Assembly (NCBI GenBank): GCA_963724215.1
Contig: CAVRTZ010000026.1
Span: forward strand, 75,960-139,959
Length of the DNA: 64,000 bases
Reading direction: 5' to 3'
DNA from: an uncultured Ignavibacteria bacterium
GTDB lineage: Bacteria; Bacteroidota; Ignavibacteria; UBA10030; SZUA-254
The notes beneath the pieces are model-generated. The model did not search any database. It was not told the origin of the DNA and saw nothing but the letters and a program-made list of their open reading frames with translations. A program made the position numbers and the translations under genes. Below are positions 53,350 through 63,231 of the stretch, one piece after another (position 1 is the first letter of the stretch; the number at the start of each line of letters is the position of its first letter).

Positions 53350-54501
53350 ATGAGGGAGACCATCATGAACCGATTCGTTGGCACAACCGCTTTCCTCATC
53401 GTCGCGCTGCTGCTCGGGACCGCGGCCGAGGCGCAGATTTCAATTTCCTTTACGGACATGCAGAACATCCTCGTCAACTCGAAGAGGATGAACTACATCG
53501 GCCAGTATTTTCCGTCGACCACCGTCGATCTCGGGACCGCGTCCGGCTCGACCCAGACGTTCGATTTCAGCGGGCTCCCCGCCCCCGACGGGAGCGATTC
53601 GCTGCACCAGGTCTACGCCGACCCGACCGGCCAGCCCGGCGCCGCCTATTTCCCGGTCGCGAACCTCTGCACCCCGTCGGTGGACACCGGGTTCGGTTTC
53701 ACGTTCACCGTGGTCACATACTTCCGGCTGCAATCCGACGGGTTCTACATGGTGGGGATGTATGTCCATACCTATGCGCCCCCGATCATCGACGAAGAAC
53801 AGATCGAGCACTACTCACCGATGAGGCTCCTGATCCCGCTGCCGCTGTCGTACGGCACGAACCGGACCGGGACGGACACGTCGGTCACCGACTCCGTCGC
53901 CAACGATTACACCGTCAGGACCACAACGCTCGCGTGCGACGGATGGGGGGACATCACCTTCCCGTCGCTGACCGCCGCCGGGTCGGCGCCGAAAACCTCC
54001 GCCGTCTCCTCGTTGCGCGCGACGGAGACGGAAGTCAATGAGTTCTTTACCGGGGGCGTGTACTCCGGGAGGGAGAAATTCGTCAGCGTCATCTACGTCA
54101 CCGCGGACGGAAGCCTGATGATCGTCGAGCAGGAGGATTCCGCGTACGCCGGCGGCGCCGCGTCCGTTCAATCGTACACCTACAGCCTGAGGGTCGGCGG
54201 GGCGACGGACGTCCGCCAGTCATCCCCGGCGGTGCCGGACGGGTTCGCGCTCCTCCAGAATTACCCGAACCCCTTCAACCCGTCGACCACCATCGCGTTC
54301 GCAGTCCCGTCGACGGGGCACGTGTCGCTCCGCGTGTTCGACGTGCTGGGACGGGAAGTCGCCACGCTCGTCGACCGGGTGATGAGCCCGGGCACCTACG
54401 AGGCGACGTTCGACGCGCAGGGACTGCCGAGCGGCATGTACATCTACCGGATCGTCTCCGGGTTGTACGTCGGGACGCATAAAATGAATGTGGTGAAATA
54501 A
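53350..54501 (+). CDS. secreted protein with T9SS (Por) C-terminal sorting domain
   Basis: Signal peptide ...TAFLIVALLLGTAAEAQ. C-terminus FALLQNYPNPFNPSTTIAFAVPSTGHVSLRVFDVLGREVATLVD...GMYIYRIVSG...KMNVVK is the classic Por_Secre_tail pattern. N-terminal domain unrecognised. Confidence 0.75.
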   Translation: MRETIMNRFVGTTAFLIVALLLGTAAEAQISISFTDMQNILVNSKRMNYIGQYFPSTTVDLGTASGSTQTFDFSGLPAPDGSDSLHQVYADPTGQPGAAYFPVANLCTPSVDTGFGFTFTVVTYFRLQSDGFYMVGMYVHTYAPPIIDEEQIEHYSPMRLLIPLPLSYGTNRTGTDTSVTDSVANDYTVRTTTLACDGWGDITFPSLTAAGSAPKTSAVSSLRATETEVNEFFTGGVYSGREKFVSVIYVTADGSLMIVEQEDSAYAGGAASVQSYTYSLRVGGATDVRQSSPAVPDGFALLQNYPNPFNPSTTIAFAVPSTGHVSLRVFDVLGREVATLVDRVMSPGTYEATFDAQGLPSGMYIYRIVSGLYVGTHKMNVVK

Positions 54502-54545
54502 CGTCGCCGGGGAGGGCGACCCCGGGTACCGGCGTTTGATCAAAA

Positions 54546-54576
54546 CCCTGCCCCTGAAGGGCGGGGTTTTCTTTTT
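54546..54576 (+). terminator. rho-independent terminator
   Basis: CCCTGCCC, CTGAA loop, GGGCGGGG (one G-U pair), followed by TTTTCTTTTT. Confidence 0.7.
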
Positions 54577-54588
54577 CGGAGAGCGTTC

Positions 54589-55618
54589 GTGATTATCGTC
54601 ATCAAGGCATCGGCCACGGAAGAACAGATCGCCGCCGTCGTCAGAAAGATCGGGGAGGAGGGACTCACCCCCCATCTTTCGAAGGGAGTCGAACGCACGA
54701 TCATCGGCGTGATCGGCGACGAGCGCCTCATCCGGAAGGAGCAGCTCGGGCTGCTGCCGCACGTCGAGGATGTCATCCCGATCCTGAAGCCGTACAAGCT
54801 CGCGAGCCGGGAGTTCCGGCAGGAGAACACGGTCGTTGATGTGCCGGGGTGCGCGATCGGGGCGGGCGGAGCTCGTGGTCATCGCCGGGCCGTGCTCGGT
54901 GGAGACGGAGGAACAGGTCCTTCAGACCGCCCTCGCGGTCAAGCAGGCCGGCGCGACGGCTCCTGCGCGGCGGGGCGTACAAGCCGCGGACCAGCCCCTA
55001 TGCCTTCCAGGGGCTGGGGGAGGACGGGCTTGACGCATCCTGCCGAAGGTCAGGGAGCAGACCGGGCTCGGCATCGTCACGGAGGTGATGGAGTCGCAGC
55101 GAAGTGGAGATGGTCGCGGAGTATGCCGACATGCTGCAGGTCGGCGCGCGGAACATGCACAACACGAAGCTCCTCCGGTCGCTCTCGCGAATCAGGAAGC
55201 CGATCCTCCTGAAGCGCAATTTCTCCGCGACGCTGAACGAGCTCCTGATGAGCGCCGAGTACATCCTCTCCGGCGGCAATCAGCAGGTCGTCCTGTGCGA
55301 GCGCGGGATCAGGACGTTCGTCGAATACACGCGGAACACGCTCGACCTGAACATCGTCCCGGCCGTGAAATCGGCTCTCGCATCTCCCGATCCTCGTCGA
55401 CCCGAGCCACGGCACCGGCCGGCACGACCTCATCCTCCCGATGAGCCTGGCGGCGGTCGCCGCCGGGCGCCGACGGGCTGATCGTCGAGGTCCACCCGCG
55501 CCCCGCCGAGGCGTTCTCGGACGGGGAACAGTCGCTGACCCCGAAGCGGTTCGAACTCCTCGTGAAAGAGGTCGCCGCCGTGGCCGCCGCCCTCGGCCGT
55601 CCGCTTCTCGCATCCTGA
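54589..55618 (+). pseudogene. aroF: 3-deoxy-7-phosphoheptulonate (DAHP) synthase, type I-beta with N-terminal regulatory domain, six frame disruptions
   Basis: GTG start MIIVIKASATEEQIAAVVRKIGEEGL... / [16 protein letters not shown]... / [24 protein letters not shown] / [21 protein letters not shown] / [21 protein letters not shown]...ILLKR...CERGIRTF... / [15 protein letters not shown]... / [23 protein letters not shown]...*. Frame path 1-2-0-2-0-1-2. Confidence 0.85.
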
Positions 55619-55688
55619 CGCGGCCGCCGCCACAACGCGTCGCGGCCTCCTTGCATTTCAGCCGGACGCTGTGTACGTTTCGTACGCC

Positions 55689-57143
55689 ATGAGCTCGCGC
55701 GCCATCGTACGCCGCCTGGGAGAGATCGTCGGGCACGGGAACGTCCTCGATTCCCCGGAGGCCCTGGTGGCCTATTCCTACGACGGCACCGCCCTCCCGC
55801 CGCAGCTTCCCCTCTGTGCCGTCCGTCCGTCCTCCGCAGAGGAGGTCAGCCGGATCATGCTGCTCGCCAATGAGACCAAAACGCCAATCGTTCCCCGCGG
55901 TTCCGGAACCGGACTGAGCGGCGGGGCGATCCCCGTCGCGGGATCGGTCGTCCTCCTGACCGGCCACCGGAACCGCATCCTCGAGATCGACACTGCAAAC
56001 CAGACGGCGACGGTGGAACCCGGGGTCATCACGGCGAGGCTCCAGCAGGCGGTCGACGCCCTCGGGTACCTCTATCCGCCCGATCCGGGGAGCGCCTCGA
56101 TTTCGACGCTCGGCGGCAACGTCGCGGAAAATGCCGGTGGCCTGAGGGGCCTGAAATACGGCGTCACGAAAAACTACGTCATGGGCCTCGAAGTCGTCCT
56201 GCCCACCGGCGAAGTCCTCTGGACCGGGGGAAAGTCGGCGAAGGACGTCGCCGGATACAACCTCCGGGACGTCCTGGTCGGGTCCGAAGGGACGCTCGGC
56301 GTGATCACCAAAATCCTGCTCCGGATCGTGCCCAAGCCCGAGGCCTCGAGGACCCTCCTGGCGTCCTTCGCGACGACGGAAGCGGCCGCGGCCGCGGTGT
56401 CGGCGGTCGTCTCGGCGAAAATCCTTCCGGCGATGCTCGAGTTCCTGGACGACATGACCATCCGCTGCGTGGAGGCGTACGCCCATCTCGGGCTCCCGAC
56501 CGGCGCCGGGGCGATGCTCCTGGCGGAGACCGACGGCCATCCCGAGGTGGTCGAGCGGGACGCGGCGCTGATCGAGGCGATCTTCAGGGACAACGGCGCC
56601 ACGGAGATCACCCGCGCGTCGACGGCGGCCGAGTCCGACAGGCTGAAGATCGGCCGGCGCTCGGCGTTCACCTCGCTCGCGCGGGTGAGGCCGACCACGC
56701 TGATGGAGGACGTCGCCGTCCCCCGGTCCGAACTGGCGAACCTCGTACGGAAGATCGGCGAAATCAGCCGTAAGAACGACATCCTCATCGGCACCTTCGG
56801 CCACGCCGGCGACGGCAACCTCCATCCCAATTACCTCACCGACGAACGGGACGCCGAAGAGTTCAGGCGCGCTCACCGGACCGTCGTGGAGGTCGAGGAG
56901 GCCGCCATCGCCCTGGGGGGTACCATCACCGGCGAGCACGGCGTCGGCCTCTATAAGAAGCCGCTCCTCGAAAAAATGGTGGGATCGGCCTCCATGACGA
57001 TGATGCGAAAGCTGAAACAGGTGATGGACCCCAACCTGGTCCTCAATCCGGGGAAGATCCTCGACTGCGAACCAAGGTGCGAGGGGCGCATGCCGCGATC
57101 GCGCGAGGAGATCCGGAAGTTCGAAGACGTCGCCTGGGTCTGA
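55689..57143 (+). CDS. FAD-linked oxidase (GlcD / D-lactate dehydrogenase family)
   Basis: ATG 55689 (ORF opens at GTG 55671). ...[17 protein letters not shown]...[13 protein letters not shown]...PPDPGS...[13 protein letters not shown]...[10 protein letters not shown]...GEHGVG... Confidence 0.8.
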   Translation: MSSRAIVRRLGEIVGHGNVLDSPEALVAYSYDGTALPPQLPLCAVRPSSAEEVSRIMLLANETKTPIVPRGSGTGLSGGAIPVAGSVVLLTGHRNRILEIDTANQTATVEPGVITARLQQAVDALGYLYPPDPGSASISTLGGNVAENAGGLRGLKYGVTKNYVMGLEVVLPTGEVLWTGGKSAKDVAGYNLRDVLVGSEGTLGVITKILLRIVPKPEASRTLLASFATTEAAAAAVSAVVSAKILPAMLEFLDDMTIRCVEAYAHLGLPTGAGAMLLAETDGHPEVVERDAALIEAIFRDNGATEITRASTAAESDRLKIGRRSAFTSLARVRPTTLMEDVAVPRSELANLVRKIGEISRKNDILIGTFGHAGDGNLHPNYLTDERDAEEFRRAHRTVVEVEEAAIALGGTITGEHGVGLYKKPLLEKMVGSASMTMMRKLKQVMDPNLVLNPGKILDCEPRCEGRMPRSREEIRKFEDVAWV

Positions 57144-57149
57144 GTCCGG

Positions 57150-57809
57150 ATGAAACCCGTCCACGATCTGGCCCTCTTCCACAAATTCCTCCGCCCCCGC
57201 AGGACGGCGGAGGGACCACCGCCGGCCCTGATCCTCCTCCACGGGCGGGGCGCCGACGAGGAGGACCTCCTCGGCCTCTCGGAATATTTCGACGACCGGA
57301 TGCTCATCCTCTCGCCCCGGGCCCCCTTCCCCTTCACCCTCGGCGGGGGGTACACCTGGTACGACCTGGAGGAGATCGGCAAGCCGGACCGCGCCATGTT
57401 CCACGAAAGCTACGGCAGGCTCCGGACATTTCTGACCGAAGCGCGGGAGCGGTACGGCCTCGACCCGGGGAGGACCTTCTGCTGCGGCTTCAGCATGGGA
57501 TCCATCATGGCGTTCGCGATCGCGCTCACGGAGGCGGACCGGTTCTCCGGCGTCATGGCCAGCAGCGGCTACATCCCGGAGGACGCCGGCATGGAGTTCC
57601 GGTGGGAGGGGGTGAAGGGGAAACCGTTTTTCATCGCCCACGGCATCTACGACCCCGTGATCCCCTTCGCCTACAGCCGGCGCGCGAAGGAGCTCCTGGA
57701 AACCCACGGCGCGCTGGTCACCCACCGCGAGTACGACATGGGGCACCAGATCAACGAGGAGAGCCTGAACGACATGATCGCGTGGATGGCTCCCCGGCTG
57801 GACCCGTGA
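57150..57809 (+). CDS. alpha/beta-hydrolase, phospholipase/carboxylesterase family
   Basis: ...LILLHGRGADEEDL...CCGFSMGSIMA (GxSxG)...FIAHGIYDPVIP...DMGHQI (catalytic His). Confidence 0.7.
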   Translation: MKPVHDLALFHKFLRPRRTAEGPPPALILLHGRGADEEDLLGLSEYFDDRMLILSPRAPFPFTLGGGYTWYDLEEIGKPDRAMFHESYGRLRTFLTEARERYGLDPGRTFCCGFSMGSIMAFAIALTEADRFSGVMASSGYIPEDAGMEFRWEGVKGKPFFIAHGIYDPVIPFAYSRRAKELLETHGALVTHREYDMGHQINEESLNDMIAWMAPRLDP

Positions 57810-57845
57810 TCGCGCGACGATGACGGGGAGGACCCGGACACAGCC

Positions 57846-58514
57846 ATGATCCCCCTTCGCGACGCCAATCCCTCGCGCACGCTCCCGTTCGTCACCTACC
57901 TCCTCATCGGGTTGAACGCGGCCGCGTTCATCCTCGAGCTCTCCCTGGGTCACGCACTCCCCGACTTCATCCGGGAGTTCGGCGTGGTCCCGATCCGGGT
58001 GAGCGCCGCAATCGACTCCTACAACCCGGACGCGGGGGCGTTCCTCCCGTTCGTGACATCGATGTTCCTCCACGGGGGGTGGATGCACCTGATCGGGAAC
58101 ATGATTTTCCTTTGGGTCTTCGGCGACAACATCGAGGACCTCTTCGGTCACGGGCGGTTCCTGTTTTTCTACCTGTTCGCCGGCGTGTCGGCGGCGGCCA
58201 CGCAGGTCTTCATCGATCCCGGATCGGGTGTCCCGATGGTGGGGGCGAGCGGGGCCATCGCCGGCGTCCTGGGGGCGTACGTGATCCTCTTCCCCCGCGC
58301 GCGGGTCCTGACGCTGATCCCGATTTTTTTCTTCTTCCAGCTGCTCGAGCTTCCGGCGTACATCTTCCTCGGCCTCTGGTTCCTCATGCAGATGGCCAGC
58401 GGCGTGCTTTCCCTCCGGATCGGGGCCGACGCGGGAGGGGTCGCGTGGTGGGCCCACATCGGCGGTTTCCTCGCGGGGGCGCTGATGGTGCCGATCCTCC
58501 GGAGGAACCGGTGA
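57846..58514 (+). CDS. rhomboid-family intramembrane serine protease (second copy)
   Basis: ...SMFLHGGWMHLIGNMIFLWVFG...VGASGAIAGVLGAY...WWAHIGGFLAGA. Confidence 0.8.
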   Translation: MIPLRDANPSRTLPFVTYLLIGLNAAAFILELSLGHALPDFIREFGVVPIRVSAAIDSYNPDAGAFLPFVTSMFLHGGWMHLIGNMIFLWVFGDNIEDLFGHGRFLFFYLFAGVSAAATQVFIDPGSGVPMVGASGAIAGVLGAYVILFPRARVLTLIPIFFFFQLLELPAYIFLGLWFLMQMASGVLSLRIGADAGGVAWWAHIGGFLAGALMVPILRRNR

Positions 58515-59806
58515 GCGGTCCGGGCCCGGACCGCGAGCACCTCGAGAGGGTGATCGGGACCTGCCTGCACTGCGGCCTCTGCCTTCCCGCGTGTCCCACC
58601 TACGACGTCACGCTCGACGAAAGGTCCTCACCGAGGGGGAGGATACGGCTCATCCGGTCGGTCCTCGACGGTTCGCTCACGCCGGGGAGGGAGTTCGCCG
58701 ACGAGATGAACTTCTGCCTCGACTGCAGGGCGTGCGAGCCGGCGTGTCCGGCGGGAGTCAGGTACGGCGAGCTCGTCGAACACGCTCGAACCATCGTCCG
58801 GGACGGCAAACTCGAACCGCTCCTGGGCAGGATCAGGAAGTTCCTCATCCTGCGGATGGTCTTCGGCTCCCGTCGGGCCTTCGCCGGGTTCGCCGCGCTC
58901 CTGAGGCTGTACCACGCTTCGGGTCTGCGTGAAGCGGTCGAACGCTCGGGGATCCTGGAAGTCCTCCCGCGCGCCCTCCGCAGGATGGTCCTCGCCCTGC
59001 CGGGCGCCGCCGAACGACCGTACCTCGACACCGTTCCCGAACTTATCCCGGCGCCGAAGCCCGCCGCCGGGAGGGTGGGCCTCCTCACGGGTTGCGTCAT
59101 GAACGTCTCGTTCCCGGGCGTCCACCGGGACACGGCGGATCTCCTCGGGAGGGCCGGCTTCGACGTGGTGGTCCCGCGGTCGCAATTCTGCTGCGGATCG
59201 CTCCACGGCCACAACGGCGAGAAAGACCTGGCGATGCGGTTCGCCGCGGAGCTGATCGGCTCGTTCCCCGACGGGCTCGACGCGGTCGTGGTCAATTCCG
59301 CGGGCTGCGGGGCGTTCATGAAGGAGTACGGCCGGTTGTTCCGGGAGAACCCCGGCCTGTCGGGGCCCGCCGCGGGTTTTTCTGCGAAGGTCGCGGACGT
59401 CTCTGAATTCCTCGACCGGCACCGCCCGGCGGGTGGCGACGCGGGGCTCGGGGGGGAGCTCGTCACCTACCACGACGCCTGCCACCTCATCCACGGCCAG
59501 GGTATCTCGCGGCAGCCCCGCTCACTCATCGCATCGATACCGGGCGTTCGGTTCACAGAGCTCCGGGACGCATCGCGGTGCTGCGGCAGCGCCGGAATCT
59601 ATAACGTCGTCCGGCCCGACGATTCGGACCGGTTCCTCCGCGCCAAGGTGGACGCGATCGTGGCCACCGGGGCCAGGATCGTCGTGACGGGCAACCCGGG
59701 TTGCCACCTCCAGATCGAGCGGGGCCTTCGGGAGACGGGATCGACGGTCGAGGTGCTCCACCCGGTGACACTGCTGCGCCGCGCCGCCGGGGGCCGCACC
59801 GCCTGA
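58511..59806 (+). CDS. (Fe-S)-binding oxidoreductase, GlcF-like (2x[4Fe-4S] + two CCG domains)
   Basis: GTG 58511 (GTGA overlap with the rhomboid stop; start inferred). CLHCGLCLPACP, CLDCRACEPACP, ...LLTGCVM...FCCGSLH..., ...YHDACHL...RCCGSAG... Confidence 0.75.
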   Translation: MSGPGPDREHLERVIGTCLHCGLCLPACPTYDVTLDERSSPRGRIRLIRSVLDGSLTPGREFADEMNFCLDCRACEPACPAGVRYGELVEHARTIVRDGKLEPLLGRIRKFLILRMVFGSRRAFAGFAALLRLYHASGLREAVERSGILEVLPRALRRMVLALPGAAERPYLDTVPELIPAPKPAAGRVGLLTGCVMNVSFPGVHRDTADLLGRAGFDVVVPRSQFCCGSLHGHNGEKDLAMRFAAELIGSFPDGLDAVVVNSAGCGAFMKEYGRLFRENPGLSGPAAGFSAKVADVSEFLDRHRPAGGDAGLGGELVTYHDACHLIHGQGISRQPRSLIASIPGVRFTELRDASRCCGSAGIYNVVRPDDSDRFLRAKVDAIVATGARIVVTGNPGCHLQIERGLRETGSTVEVLHPVTLLRRAAGGRTA

Positions 59807-59857
59807 ACCCCCGCCGCGGGGCGGTCCGGGGGCCGCACCGCCTGAACCCCCGCCGCG
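59787..59857. repeat. direct tandem duplication (2 x 32 nt, period 39) spanning the GlcF-like stop codon
   Basis: ccgggggccgcaccgcctgaacccccgccgcg at 59787-59818 and again at 59826-59857. The first copy contains the gene's last codons plus its TGA. Confidence 0.8.
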
Positions 59858-59913
59858 CGCGTCCGTGGGGGGGGCGTTTTGGTTTTCCCTCCCATAAATC
59901 ATATCTTTTATCA

Positions 59914-61119
59914 ATGCATTCCGTGATCGTTCTCCACCACCACGAGATCGTCCTCAAGGGGGGGAACAGGAAATACTTCGAGCGAACCCTCATGAGGAAC
60001 GTCCGCGCGACCGCCGCGGCGATCGGGGTGCGGTGCGCCGTCCGGGGCGGATACGGCAAGTTCATCCTGTCCCCGGAATCGGCGGCGAAGGACGAGGAGC
60101 TGGTCGCCGCGCTCCGCCGGGTGTTCGGCCTTGCGAATATCTGCCCGGGGGTGCGTGTCGAGCCGGAGGCCGACGCGATCTGCGCTGCGGCCGAGGGTTC
60201 GCTGGCGGGGGCCGAATTCCAGACGATCCGCGTCGAAACCCGCAGGGTGGACAAACGCTTCCCGATGACATCGATGGAGTTGAGCGCACTCGTCGGGGCG
60301 CACCTCTGCGCGCGTTTCGGGGTGCGCGCGAACATGACCCGGCCGGACGCCACGGTGTCGGTCGAGCTCGCCGATGGCGCGGCGTACGTCTATTCCCGGA
60401 GGCTGCGCGGCGCCGGAGGACTGCCCTCCGGTGTCAGCGGACGGGTCGTGGGGCTGCTCTCGGCGGGGTTCGATTCGCCCGTGGCCTGCTGGCAGATGAT
60501 GAAGCGGGGTTGCACCGTGATCTTCGTCCATTTCCACAGCATGCCGTACACCGGGGAACAGTCCGTCGACCAGGTCCGCGACATCGTCAGGATCCTCACC
60601 CCGTACCAGCACCGCTCGAAACTCTGCATCGTTCCGTTCGCCGACGTCCAGAACGAGATCGTCCTGCGCACCGAGCCGTCCCTCAGGATCATCCTCTACC
60701 GCAGGATGATGCTGCGGATCGCCGAGAGGATCGCGCTCAGGGAGAAGGCCGAGGGGATGGTGACCGGGGAGGCGGTCGGGCAGGTGGCCTCGCAAACCCT
60801 CAGGAACATCCGGGTGATCGGTTCCGCGGCGACCATGCCGGTGCTCCGCCCGCTCTCCGGCGCCGACAAGGAGGACACCATCGCTTCGGCGAGGCTGATC
60901 GGAACGCACGACGTCTCGAGCCAGCCGTACGACGATTGCTGCTCCTTCCTGGCGCCGAGAAGTCCCGAGACCTGGGCCGACCCCGAACGCGTCCGCGACG
61001 CCGAAGAGCGCCTCGACATTCCCGCGTTGACCACGATGGCGCTGTCCGCGCTCTCCGTCGAACGGTACCGGTACCCCCCGCAGGAACTGCCGGAAGAAAC
61101 GCCCACGCTCCATGGGTAA
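59914..61119 (+). CDS. thiI: tRNA 4-thiouridine(8) synthase ThiI (no rhodanese domain)
   Basis: ATG 59914 in ORF 59701-61119. ...HHHEIVLKGGNRKYFE... (ferredoxin-like/THUMP), PP-loop GLLSAGFDSPVACW, ...GEAVGQVASQTL... Confidence 0.85.
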   Translation: MHSVIVLHHHEIVLKGGNRKYFERTLMRNVRATAAAIGVRCAVRGGYGKFILSPESAAKDEELVAALRRVFGLANICPGVRVEPEADAICAAAEGSLAGAEFQTIRVETRRVDKRFPMTSMELSALVGAHLCARFGVRANMTRPDATVSVELADGAAYVYSRRLRGAGGLPSGVSGRVVGLLSAGFDSPVACWQMMKRGCTVIFVHFHSMPYTGEQSVDQVRDIVRILTPYQHRSKLCIVPFADVQNEIVLRTEPSLRIILYRRMMLRIAERIALREKAEGMVTGEAVGQVASQTLRNIRVIGSAATMPVLRPLSGADKEDTIASARLIGTHDVSSQPYDDCCSFLAPRSPETWADPERVRDAEERLDIPALTTMALSALSVERYRYPPQELPEETPTLHG

Positions 61120-63213
61120 GGCCCTTTTCGCGACGACGCTGCTCTTCGCCTGGGTCTCACGCTGCCCGGCCCAGAACTTCGTCAGGGACCTGGACGGGAT
61201 TCCGTTCTACCACGACACCGTGGCGTACACAGAGCCGCTGGGCGGGGGATTGAACGCCCCGATGCACCAGTTCGCCGACGCCGACGGTGACGGAGACCTC
61301 GACCTCTATATTTTCGACAGCGATTTTTATGCTGAACGCTATTTCTTCCGGAACACCGGCGATTCGTCGACTCCCGTCTACTCTCTCGAACCCGACGGCG
61401 GGCTCGCGGGAGTGGAATTCACATTCTGGTTCCGCTTCATCGACTACGACGGCGACGCCTCGGTGGATCTCCTGACCGACAACGGTTCGTCCGGCGTGCG
61501 GGTCTGGGGGAACGACAATCCCGCCGGCGAGCCGCACTGGGTCGTCGCGGTGTCCGAACTGGCCGACACGGCGGGGACGGCACTTTTCGCGGGGTTCGGC
61601 GGACTCCCGGGATTCGCCGACCTGGACGGGGACGGGCTCCCCGATTTCCTCTCCAGCAACTCCGCCGACGGTTCGTTCAACTATTACCGGAACGTGGGCA
61701 CGGCGGGCTCGCCCTCGTATGCCCTGGTCTCGACCCGCCTCAGCGACATCACCATCACGAGCGACACATGCACGAAGGGGGCCGTCGCCCCCGCGGCGCC
61801 GGACAACCCCGCCCACGGGCTCGGGGCCGTCGCACTCGACGACATGGACGCCAACGGCACCGCGGACCTTTTCTACGGCGACGTCTTCTCCCACAGCCTC
61901 TTCCACCTGCGGAACAGCGGGACGCCGCAGGATCCGGTGCTCGAGTGCGAATCGAATTTTTTCCCGCCCGACGGATCGCTGACCACGCCCGGGTTCAACC
62001 AGGCGTATTTCGCCGACCTCGACGCCGACGGAGACCGGGACCTCACCGTGGGGGTCCTGAATTCCAGGACCAGGCACTCGTTCTGGTACTATGAGAATAC
62101 GGGGACGCCGGCCGTAGCGCACTACGATCTCGTGACGACCGAGTACCTCGCCACGCTCGACGTCGGCCAGAACGCCAAACCGGCGTTCGCCGACCTCGAC
62201 GCCGACCTCGACCTCGACCTGGTCATCGGCACCAACGACGGCGACCTCTGGCACTTCAGGAACGACGGAAGCATCCTCTCGCCGCTGTACCACCTCGCCG
62301 ACACCGCCTTCGCCGGCATCTCCGGCAATTTCTCCTACGCCCCGGCCTTCTTCGATGCGGACGCCGACGGCGACCCCGACCTGCTGCTCGGCAGGTTCGA
62401 CGGACGGGTCATCCTCTATCTGAACGAAGGCCCCGGCGGGTTCATCCCTTCCGACACGATCATCACCGCGCAGTATGCCGTCCCGGCCGCGGGGGACGTC
62501 GACGGTGACGGCGACCCCGACCTCGTGGTCGGCAGGGGGAATGGAACGCTCAGCTTCTACAGGAACGCGGGAGACTCCGCGCATTTCGACCCGGTCCTGG
62601 AAACGGACCTCTACCTCGGCGCCGATTTCGGGACCAACGCCCGGCCGGCATTCCTGTTCAACGCCGGGACGGGGTTCACCGATCTGTATGTCGCTCCCGC
62701 GTCCGGCGACACGTCCCCCGGCGGGCGGAGCAGGATCTGGTACTACCGGAATACGGGGACATCGGTCGAGCCGCCGTTCGTCCTCGGGGACGACCATTTC
62801 GGTCCCGGCGTGCCGTACGAACCGGCAATCGCCTTCGGCGACCTGGAAGGGGACGGCGACGACGACATGCTGGTCGGCACGTCCAAGGGGGACTCGTCTA
62901 TTACAGGAACGACGGCGCCACGGGCGTGGACGCGGACCCCGCGAGCCCGCGGACATTCCGGCTCGACCAGAATTATCCCAACCCGTTCAACGCCTCGACC
63001 GTCATCACGGTCGAACTCCCGTCGGCCGCGCGGCTGCGCGTCGACATCTTCGACCTTCACGGGAGGCGGGCCGGTCGCCTCGCCGACGAGCGCCGCGGCG
63101 CCGGGTCGCACCGGCTGACGTGGAACGCGCTGGGCCAGCCGAGCGGGGTCTATTTCTGCCGGGTCTCGGCCGACGACCGGGTCGGGGTCATCACGATGGT
63201 GCTCACGAAATAA
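61112..63213 (+). pseudogene. FG-GAP/VCBS-repeat protein with T9SS C-terminal sorting domain, one frame disruption
   Basis: Signal peptide. Repeated ...DxDGDGDxDL... / ...YRNxG... modules. -1 in the G-run 62887-91 joins ...DDDMLVGTSKG to (G)LVYYRNDGATGVDADPASPRTFRLDQNYPNPFNASTVITVELP...GVYFCRV...VLTK*. Confidence 0.75.
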
Positions 63214-63231
63214 CTATTGAAAGGGTCATCG

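Noticed and set aside
59846-59885. C5...G8 pairing followed by GCGTTTTGGTTTT as the intrinsic terminator of the GlcF-like gene.
   Set aside because: Only about 5 C-G pairs can form, with a 15-nt loop and an interrupted T-tract. This is too weak to call.
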